A DNA stretch of 64,000 nucleotides. Source: Octopus sinensis. Lineage: Eukaryota. The notes under the pieces were generated by a model, which was not told the origin of the DNA, did not search any database, and worked only from the letters and a program-made list of their open reading frames with translations. The position numbers and the translations under genes were made by a program. The stretch spans positions 81,592,001 to 81,656,000 of the forward strand of contig NC_043001.1 in assembly GCF_006345805.1 (NCBI RefSeq), given 5' to 3'. This document shows positions 12,121 through 22,235 of the stretch, piece after piece; position 1 is the stretch's first letter; each line of letters starts with the position of its first letter.

Positions 12121-12539
12121 TATAAATATATATTTATATATAAATGTAAGATCCTGGGATGGAGGAGGTGAAGAAAGAAAGTTAGCTTTGAGCAATCCTT
12201 AGTGAATATAAAAAAACAGCTTTCAGGAACAATAGTGATTTTTTGAGATGGAAGGTTGCAGATTTTTTAAACTTTTATCAAAGAACAATGAGCTGTAAAA
12301 AGTTCTTTTTATATTCCTTGTTAGGCAACCAGAGTTGCTGAGAGTGCAAAAAGAAAATACAAGAGTTACAGAATGGAGTATGGGAAATCTGGGCTACATT
12401 GCTTCATAGCGAGTGGAACCTCAGAAGTGGTAAAATCCGAGGTGAACACCATCGGCTACTCTTCAGGCCAAGGATATCTTGATTAGATTAAAAGCTACAC
12501 TGTTGTAGGTACATGTTGACGCAAAGATTCAGTGAATAA

Positions 12540-12925
12540 CGTGTGTGTGTGTGTGTTTATGTCTGTCCTCCCATCACTGCTTGACAACCGGTGTTGGTGT
12601 GTTTACATCCCCGTAACTTAGTGGTTTGGCAGAAAGAGACCAACAGAATAAGTACTAGGCTTTTAAAAAAGTATGTCCTGGGGTTGATTTCTTTGACTAA
12701 AATCCTCCAAGGTGGTGCTCCAGCAAGGCTGCAGTCAAATGACTGAGACAAATAAAAGAATACTTGACCATGGGGATATATTTATTTCTTTATTGCCCAC
12801 AAGGGGCTAAACACAGAGGGGACAAACAAGGACAGACAAAGGGATTAAGTTGATTACATCGGCCCCAGTGCGTAACTGGTACTTATTTAATTGACCCCGA
12901 AAGGATGAAAGGCAAAGTTGACCTC
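12540..12925. mobile_element. SINE tail (+) and Meta-core SINE fragment (-)
   Basis: Matches to the recurring units. Confidence 0.8.
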
Positions 12926-13229
12926 ATATTACCTTCACTGAAGGAGGAGGAGGGAGGGAGGGAGAGAAGAAACAAATCCGATATAGACTGGCACTCAATA
13001 TTTTTCGAGTTGGTCCTCAGAGGAAGTAAGGGAGGGAACTCTTCAAGTACAAGGTCATGAGGGAGAGGTGAGAGGTGGGGAGTGATAGAGAGAAGAGAGG
13101 AGGCGAGAGGAAGAGAGAGGGGAACCAACGAGTAACATCCACCCCCGCCACTAAAGTGTAGTTGTGGAGGTAGTAGTGGTAGTAGTGGTAGTAGTAGTAG
13201 TAATAGTAGTAGCAGTATGGTCAACTCAC

Positions 13230-13436
13230 CTTAATTGGTACAGCAGTGTCCAGCTGTACTGTACTGACTCCACGCCCACTATCAGTGGACGCTGAAGAGT
13301 TGCGGTTACTATTTATTGGACTGTCTTTTGTCGTTGTTCTTATGTCCCCGTTGAAGTGGTTATGTTGCAAATTTGGCCAGTCTCCGACATGGTCACTAAC
13401 CAGTTGGTTATTGACAATCACTCGAGCTTGGATCGG
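13230..13436 (-). CDS. internal coding exon (69 aa, phase 0-0) of the same host gene
   Basis: Strong acceptor (T-rich)tatattttcag|CCG and donor AAG|gtgagt bound an exact 207-nt open frame PIQARVIVNNQLVSDHVGDWPNLQHNHFNGDIRTTTKDSPINSNRNSSASTDSGRGVSTVQLDTAVPIK; in phase with exon 5912-6106. Confidence 0.85.
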
Positions 13437-13635
13437 CTGAAAATATAAAAAAACAAACTCAATTTAGATATATTAATGCAAACAAGAGTGGGTAGAAGTT
13501 TGTGGATACATATACAACCTCAGTTACAGTAATGGTTAAAGTATAACATTAGTCCTTTAGCATTCAGATTATCCTGCCAAATGTAATGGTATCTCTCTGT
13601 CACATTCTAACCTTTTACAACATCACTTCTTTTAC

Positions 13636-14205
13636 TATTATGCTGTCTGGTAAGTTTGTGCCGATTTATAGCAGCTTACCTTTCGACTTATTTTAGAACA
13701 TGGTTGAGTCCATAAAATAGGGTTTGACTACACCTCCATTTAGAGCACAGTTTAAGCTATCTTTCCGTGGAAGAAAGTTTATGTTCCTATAACCTGTGTT
13801 AATTCTGTAGCCCTTTAAAATGGAAGATAAAAAAGTTCATTTTTGGCACTTGATGCTTTGAGAACCAGACAAAAATTGCTGCAGCTCGGCTGGGATGTGT
13901 TACCCAACCCTTCGTATTCACCAGATATTGCTCCTTCGGAATTCCACTTATTCAGGTCTCTGCAGAATAGTCTTAATGGTAAAAATTTCAATTCCTTGGA
14001 TGACGTAAAAAGATACCTTGGTGAATTTTTTGCCATAAAACCACCTCAATTCTGGGAAGAGGGTATTTTCAAGTTTAAGGAAAGATAGAGACGCATTGTG
14101 CAACAAAATGGTTCGTATTTGGTTGATTAAAAATGTAATGGCAAGTATTTATTGACCTTTTTCTTTCCTTTAAAAATCAGCACAGACTTTCCGGACAACC
14201 CAATA
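13636..14205 (+). mobile_element. internally deleted mariner element (570 bp)
   Basis: TA TSDs, ~30-bp TIRs (TTATGCTGTCTGGTAAGTTTGTGCCGATTT / AAATCAGCACAGACTTTCCGGACAACCCAA); transposase start MEDKKVHFWHLML fused to C-terminal LGWDVLPNPSYSPDIAPSEFHLFRSLQN. Confidence 0.92.
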
Positions 14206-14224
14206 CCTCCTATCTCAAAGGATC

Positions 14225-14540
14225 TTTGCCTTGCAAGTTACTTGGTGACCCTGCCAGTACTTGTGCCATGTAAAACACATTCAGTCGACACTATAAAGTG
14301 GTTGGCATTTGGAAGGGTGTCCAGCTGTAAAAAACCATACCAAAACTGACTTTCCCAGTACTGGTGCCGCATAAAAATCACTTAGTCCACTCTGCTGGGT
14401 GGTTGGTGTTAGGAAGGGCACCCAGCTGTAAAAAAAAGCCATGCTAAAACAGACACTGAAGCTTGGTCCAGTTTTCTGCCCAGCCAGATTCTGTCAACCC
14501 ATCTGACCCATGCCAGCATGGAAGGCAGATGATGATGATG
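14225..14540 (+). mobile_element. RTE-derived 3' tail with (GAT)n end
   Basis: GTGGTTGGTGTTAGGAAGGGCACCCAGC..CCCATGCCAGCATGGAA..GATGATGATG. Confidence 0.75.
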
Positions 14541-14734
14541 AAGAGGAAAATGGTTGGAAGTTTATAAAGAACAATGAAATGTATTTATATTCTTTTCTAT
14601 ACTAGGTACAAGGCCCAAAATTTTTGGGGAGGGGTCCAGTCAATTAGATGGACCCCAGTATGAAACTGGTACTTAGTTTATGAAATGTATTTATATTATG
14701 TGTATGTATGTATGTATGTGCATGTTTATATATA

Positions 14735-14804
<70 letters not shown>

Positions 14805-14807
<3 letters not shown>

Positions 14808-15116
14808 GCACTTATTCTATCTGTCTTTTTTGCTGAACTGCTAGGTTACAGGAACGTATACACACCGACATCAATTGTCAAGCGATGGTAGTGGTGGTGA
14901 TGGGGGACAAACAGTCACAATGACACACATGCATAATTCTATACATACATATACGATGGGCTTCTTTCGGTTTCCATCGACCAAATCCACTCACAAGGGT
15001 TTGGTCAGCCTGAGGCTATAGTAGGAGACACTTGCCCAACGTGCCATGCAATGGGACTGAACCTGGAACCATGTGGTTGGGAAGCGAGCTTCTTACCACA
15101 CAGCCATGCCTGCACC

Positions 15117-15120
<4 letters not shown>
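14805..15120 (-). mobile_element. composite SINE
   Basis: Reverse match to the bipartite SINE. Confidence 0.85.
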
Positions 15121-15156
<36 letters not shown>

Positions 15157-15909
15157 TGCATACACACACGCACGCATCTGTATGTGTATAGATGTGCATG
15201 CATGTGTGTGTGTGTAAGGAATTACAGCAATGCTAAATGCAGACCCAGGCTACATGAAAAGAAAAAAACAACAAGAATTAACCAGTGGTTATATAAGACA
15301 AGCAGAACGGGCAACTTCCAGGAATCATAATGCCATCTAAAGATATTTCTGATTGTCGGTTAATTGCGGCAATCACACTCAGAACTTATCTCTCACACAT
15401 TTACACACACACACACCATTTCTCCTACGTTACAAACACAGAAGCTAAAGAGCATTAATAATTGTAACGGTTATGGTCATTATATATGCCTGAGTGTGTA
15501 TATAATATATATATAAAATATATATACATATATACAAGCATACACTCATACATATATATAAATGCATACTTATACACAAAGACATACAAATAAATGCATA
15601 TATACACATATATACATATACATGTACAAACATATTATATGCATATGTGAGCCAAGATGGTCAATAGCAAAACTGTTAAATGCCTTGTGGTAACTATAGC
15701 GTAAACTCTTTGCATTCTGAGTTCAAATCATATCATATTTCCTTCTTCCCACTGCGCAAGAGTCACTAAACTGAGTACCAGTCAAGTACATGAGTTAATT
15801 CTTCTCCTCCACTTTTCTAAGGAATGGCTATATTGCATTATATCTGAATCAGAAGATGTGTGTATGTGTGTGTATGTATGTATGTATGTATGTATATATA
15901 TATATATAT

Positions 15910-16072
15910 TAGAAGGTTTGGAGGTGATGTACAGGTATTATATATTAGAAGAAATATGGTACTCAAAAATCTGGATGGTTTTATAATTACAGACTTTTAT
16001 TAATATGTCATACGTTTTTTATAAATCATATATCAGCACTTGCATCCACTCTAGTGGATTCTTCAGATATAT
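15910..16072 (-). mobile_element. Penelope-like terminus with degenerate hammerhead motif
   Basis: Minus strand ATATAT-CTGAAGA-ATCCAC(TAGA)GTGGAT-GCAA-GTGC-TG-ATATAT; helices I and II are intact and the core has two changes. Confidence 0.5.
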
Positions 16073-16093
16073 ATATATATAAAATATTGACTG

Positions 16094-16272
16094 GTTCGTC
16101 GGACAGTTTTTGCTAGATTCTAGCAAAAACTGTCTGACGAACGGGAACGTGAAACTCAGAGTAACAGGTTTTGTTGAATTTTCTGCTGCTTTAAATAAAG
16201 CATATTACTCTACCACTGGTATTTGAGTACTCTTTTTTCCACCTTGTTTCACATTTATGTATTTACTCCGGT
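16094..16272 (+). mobile_element. Penelope-like terminal repeat with 5' fold-back
   Basis: About 120 bp downstream of the hammerhead is shared with 63830-63945; 24-bp inverted repeat at the 5' end; flanked by (TA)n. Confidence 0.6.
16126..16172 (+). ncRNA. minimal type I hammerhead ribozyme, canonical core
   Basis: CTGT-CTGACGA-ACG(GGAA)CGT-GAAA-CT(CAG)AG-TA|ACAG: all core nucleotides present; predicted cleavage after A16163. Confidence 0.75.
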
Positions 16273-16961
16273 ATATATATATATATATATATGGCTGTAC
16301 CAGACCCCAATCTGCCAGATTAAGATTGGAGCCTGGTGCAGTCATCTGATTCGCCAGTCCTCAGTCAAATCATCCAATCCATGCTAGCATGGAAAGTGGA
16401 CGTTAAACGATGATGATGTATACACACACACACACACACACATATATATACATATACATAAAAGCATGAAGGAGAATGGAGAAGCACACATTTTTAATTG
16501 ATAGTTTATAACATATGACTTGCCAGTATACATTTCTGATCCAGCTAGCCAAGTCTGGATTATTACAGAGTGCTTAAAAATGATCTGCCTGAATTTTAAA
16601 ATCCTAATGTATGAATATATATATTACATACACACACACATACACACACACTCAAAAGGGTGTTTATAAATGTGCATTTGTATTTATGTGTACACAAGCA
16701 TGTGTGTGTGTATATATGCACATGCACAAATGTGTGTATGTATGTATAGGTATATATATGGAGAGAGAGAGAGAGAGTATGTGTGTGTGTGTTAGGGAAA
16801 TACAGAAATATAGAGAGAAGAGAGAGTGTTAGGAAGTGAGTGGACTGCTAGGTATGAGATAAGATGAAGTCAATATTACAAAAAGATGAAGAAGAAGAAA
16901 TGGTGGCCGATAACAAGAAGAATTTGTGGCAGATATCAGACAGAGGAGAATCTACTACTAA

Positions 16962-17005
<44 letters not shown>

Positions 17006-17049
17006 GTGTGTGTAAGTGTGTGTGTGTGTAACATTATCATTAATAAACC

Positions 17050-17770
17050 ACTGTGATGGCCACTATCATTATCACCACTGTACTACAACTAATACTGACA
17101 CACTGCTAACAACCACTACTAACACACATCAACACTACCACTAATACCATACTACAACTGCTACCACTATCACCAGCAGCACTGTACTACTACAGTGTCA
17201 TACTACTTCCATTAACATACTACTACTACTACTAGCACCACCACCACAACACTGTTATGACCACTACTAAGATATTACTACAACTGCCACTATACATCAG
17301 CCAACTTTCTAATGCCACTGCTCCACCACTACCATATACATCACACTACCACCATCTCTTTAACATTACCATCACCACTACTATTAACATGATAGTACCA
17401 CCACTGTGGTAATGTTATCACGAAAACCATACTGGCACCAATACCATCACGCTACTATCACTCTCACTATTTTACACAACCACAGCCAATACTATGACAC
17501 TACCTCCCCAATACCATTGCTACACTTTTGCATACACCACCAGCACCATCACCATGACCACCACCACCAACATCATGATCTATGTCACCACCACCACCAC
17601 CACCACCGACATTATAATCAATATCACCATCATCACCACCGTCGCTAACACCACCACAACCACCACCACCACCACCACCACTACTCTCACACTATTACTG
17701 CCAATAATATCGCACTATATCCCCAACATCACCAAGCATCCACTTCCACCACATCCCCCACAACATCCCT
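17050..17770. repeat. low-complexity (CAC/TAC/CAT)n tract
   Basis: Degenerate trinucleotide repeats; gives spurious poly-T/H ORFs. Confidence 0.9.
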
Positions 17771-17879
17771 CTCACTCAGAAAAACAAGAACAACAGGGGG
17801 TGAGGTGAGGTGGGGGAACTGGTGGAAAAGAAAGCGATTCACAGAACAGGACAAACAATTGAAATACACAGCTACATCT

Positions 17880-18230
17880 ATTGGTGACGGCATCGTTGTC
17901 ATGCATGCATGCGAGATGCATGCGTAATGTGCGCGTTTATATATATATATATATATATATGTGCGTAACGACAGCCTTGTCGGTGTTAACTTTGAAATTG
18001 TCGACGCCACAATAGAGTCTGATTGCTGTATCGTTTCTTCAACCTACATTCCAGCCTTGTCGTGTCCAACATAGGATGGAGTCAGTCAGCTGCACGGCAA
18101 CGCGAATCAAATTGGGTGATAATTACACCATTGCCACAGCTGGCGTCAAAAGAAGGACGGTTTGGAGAAGGGAGCAGGAGAGCAGGAAAAACAGAGAGAG
18201 AAAGAGAAGGTGAATATCTTTGAGATGTAG
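17880..18230. promoter_or_regulatory. CpG-rich unique island, candidate enhancer or alternative promoter
   Basis: About 20 CpGs in ~300 bp of non-repetitive sequence in a CpG-depleted background; no convincing coding frame. Confidence 0.3.
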
Positions 18231-18249
18231 AAACATTTCTTTAATTACT

Positions 18250-18610
18250 CTCTCTTTTACTTGTCTCAGTCATTTGACTGTGGTCATGCTGGAGCACCGC
18301 CTTTAGTCGAGCAAATCAACCCCAGGACTTATTCTTTGTAAGCCTAGTACTTATTTTTTGGTCTCTTTTGCTGAACTGCTAAGTTACGGGGACGTAAACA
18401 CACCAGCATCGGTTGTCAAGCGATGTTGTGGGGAGGGGGAGACAAACACAGACACAAACATATACATATTTACATACATACTTATATATACATATGTACG
18501 ACGGGCTTCTTTCAGTTTCCGTCTACCAAATCCACTCACAAAGCTTTGGTCGGCCCGAGGCTATAGTAGAAGACACTTGCCCAAGGTGCCATGCAGTGGG
18601 ACTGAATTGC
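18250..18610 (-). mobile_element. composite SINE, well preserved
   Basis: Near-consensus reverse copy. Confidence 0.9.
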
Positions 18611-19167
18611 ATCTTTATGTCTTATAGCTTCTCTTTTACTGGCTTCAGTCACTGGATTGTGGCCATGCTTGGGCACAGCTTTGAAAGGGTTTTTAGCAGA
18701 ACAAATTTATCAACAGTACTTTTGATTGTTTTCAATTTTTTTTTTCTGTTTACATTTTTGTATTCTATTTATTCTTCTGCTGAACTGCTAAGTGACATGA
18801 ATGTAAACAAACCAAGACAGTTATCAAGCAACAAACCCAAGAATATACACACATCAGGGTGTGTGTGTGTGTGTATATATATATACATTCTTTTATTCTA
18901 TTATTTGTTTCAGTCATTTGACTGCAGCCATGCTGGAGCACCGCCTTTAGTCGAGCAAATCGATCCCAGGACTTATTCTTTGTAAACCTAGTTCTTATTC
19001 TATCGGTCTCTACATACAAATACATACATACATACACACACACACACATACACAGATACATATACATATTTACAAATACATATACATACATACACACACA
19101 CTGTAATGAGCTTTCACACTGTTTCCATCCACCAAAATCTCTCACAAGGCATTGGTTGGCCTAGGAC

Positions 19168-21605
19168 TATAATAAAAGACACTTGTCCAAGTTGATCCAC
19201 AGTGAGATTGAACTCAAAACCACAAGGCCACAAAGTAAACTTGTTAACTACATAACCACAGACTATAAGAAGGATATAAGGAGACAGTCGCTTAAGGTTT
19301 CATGCAGTGAGATTGAACCCCAAATTACATGCTTGCAAAGAAGGCTTCTTATCCACACAGCCATACCATAGTGGTAGAAGCGGAAATGGTAATGGGCTGG
19401 GAAAGAAACATTTTGGTACAAAGTCAAAAAGAAAAGAAATGGAATAAATGGGGGTAGAATGATTAGTAGAAATAAGATGGGGGGTGGAGCTGTAGATAGG
19501 GATGTCAGCCAGTTTGAAAGAGCAGAGAGTGTTCTGCAGTTAAAAATCAATCTGCAACACAGTGTGTGCGTGTCTGTTAGATGCCCAGGATATTTGGCAC
19601 TTAGTCTGCAGTAAAAACGTACCTGAACAATCCGTTTTGTACTGGATCACTGGCACTTAAATTGGCAACCACACTGGACTGGACCCTTAGGAGGGCTTGT
19701 AAGAGTCCAGTCTTGGGTCGACCAAAGCCTTGTGGGTGGATTTGGCAGAGAGAAATTAAAAGAATTACAAAGGCAGCAAGCTGGCAGAAATGTTAGCATG
19801 CCGGGCAAAATGCTTAGCAGTGTTTCGTCTGCCATTACGTTCTGAGTTCAAATTCTGCCGAGGTCGACTTTGCCTTTCATCCTTCAGGGTCGATAAATTA
19901 AGTACCAGTTACACACTGAGGTCGGTGCAAACAACTTAATCCCTTTGTCTGTCCTTGTTTGTCCCCTCTGTGTTTATCCCCTTGTGGGCAATAACGAAAT
20001 AAGAAATTAAAAGAAGCCTGCTGTGCAAGCACATGCACATGTGTACAAAGGGCTTCTGTCAAGGCTCTAATGAAATTGTACGGTGTGGCTCAGGCACTCA
20101 ACTACGAGTCCACTGCATCTTATAGTGGAGACAGGTGTAAGCTAATGAAGTTAATAAGATAATGAAGTTAATAAGATAATTGAAGTTAATAAGATAATAT
20201 ACACACACACATCTTTCTGTCTGTGGTTTTCTCCCACCATTGCTTGACAACCAGTGTTGGTGTGTTTACATCCCCGTAACTTATAATAAAAGACACTTGT
20301 CCAAGTCGCTCCACAGCGAGATTGAACTCAAAACCACAAGGCCACAAAGTAAACTTGTTAACTACATAACCACAGACTATAAGAAGGATATAAGGAGACA
20401 GTCGCTTAAGGTTTCATGCAGTGAGATTGAACCCCAAATTACATGCTTGCAAAGAAGGCTCTTATCCACACAGCCATACCATAGTGGTAGAAGCGGAAAT
20501 GGTAATGGGCTGGGAAAGAAACATTTTGGTACAAAGTCAAAAAGAAAAGAAATGGAATAAATGGGGGTAGAATGATTAGTAGAAATAAGATGGGGGGTGG
20601 AGCTGTAGATAGGGATGTCAGCCAGTTTGAAAGAGCAGAGAGTGTTCTGCAGTTAAAAATCAATCTGCACACAGTGTGTGCGTGTCTGTTAGATGCCCAG
20701 GATATTTGGCACTTAGTCTGCAGTAAAAACGTACCTGAACAATCCGTTTTGTACTGGATCACTGGCACTTAAATTGGCAACCACACTGGACTGGACCCTT
20801 AGGAGGGCTTGTAAGAGTCCAGTCTTGGGTCGACCAAAGCCTTGTGGGTGGATTTGGCAGAGAGAAATTAAAAGAATTACAAAGGCAGCAAGCTGGCAGA
20901 AATGTTAGCATGCCGGGCAAAATGCTTAGCAGTGTTTCGTCTGCCATTACGTTCTGAGTTCAAATTCTGCTGAGGTCGACTTTGCCTTTCATCCTTTCAG
21001 GGTCGATAAATTAAGTACCAGTTACACACTGAGGTCGGTGCAAACAACTTAATCCCTTTGTCTGTCCTTGTTTGTCCCCTCTGTGTTTATCCCCTTGTGG
21101 GCAATAACGAAATAAGAAATTAAAAGAAGCCTGCTGTGCAAGCACATGCACATGTGTACAAAGGGCTTCTGTCAAGGCTCTAATGAAATTGTACGGTGTG
21201 GCTCAGGCACTCAACTACGAGTCCACTGCATCTTATAGTGGAGACAGGTGTAAGCTAATGAAGTTAATAAGATAATGAAGTTAATAAGATAATTGAAGTT
21301 AATAAGATAATATACACACACACATCTTTCTGTCTGTGGTTTTCTCCCACCATTGCTTGACAACCAGTGTTGGTGTGTTTACATCCCCGTAACTTATAAT
21401 AAAAGACACTTGTCCAAGTCGCTCCACAGCGAGATTGAACTCAAAACCACAAGGCCACAAAATAAACTTGTTAACCACATAACCACAGACTATAAGAAGG
21501 AGACAGTCGCTTCAGGTTTCATGCAGTGAGATTGAACCCCAAATTACATGCTTGTAAAGAAGGCTTCTTATCCATACAGACATAGAGGTAGAAGCGGAAA
21601 TGGTA
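19168..21605. repeat. ~1.11-kb tandem duplication (19168-20281 / 20282-21394) bounded by three related ~210-bp repeats
   Basis: TATAATAAAAGACACTTGTCCAAG starts at 19168, 20282 and 21395; intervening sequence is nearly identical and includes a Meta-core SINE in each copy. Confidence 0.95.
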
Positions 21606-22109
21606 AAAGAGATCAAAAGAATAAGAGTACCGGGACTTTAAAAAGTAAAAAAAAAAAAAAGTACTTGGGTTGAATCATTGAACTAAAATTCTTCAAATAA
21701 TACCCTAGTATGGTCCCAATTTAATGACTGAAAGCAGTAAAAGATGATGATGATGATGACAATGATGATGAGCTTTTGATCTGTTTGATGGACGTGAAAA
21801 GGTAAACTGTTATTTTATTTTCTTATTTTCAAGGGGTTACTTAGTCTCTGTGTAGGTGAAGTATATTGGTAAAGAACCAGAACTGAGTATGTGGACTAGG
21901 GGGTGGAGAGGAAGGGGCTGGCTACACCTATGCTGGCACAATTTTCCAAGTTAATTTATCAAGACACAACACCCTCTACAAACTCTACCACCTCCATAGA
22001 GTCCATTCCAGTCAACAACAACCCCGCTACTACTATTATTATAAAACACACACACTCTCTCTCGCCTTTACGTGTATGTGTTGGTATATGTATATATGTC
22101 TTAATATTA

Positions 22110-22183
<74 letters not shown>

Positions 22184-22235
22184 TAATGTATTTATATACA
22201 ACTCTGTGAGTGTGTGTGTATATACATACATACAT

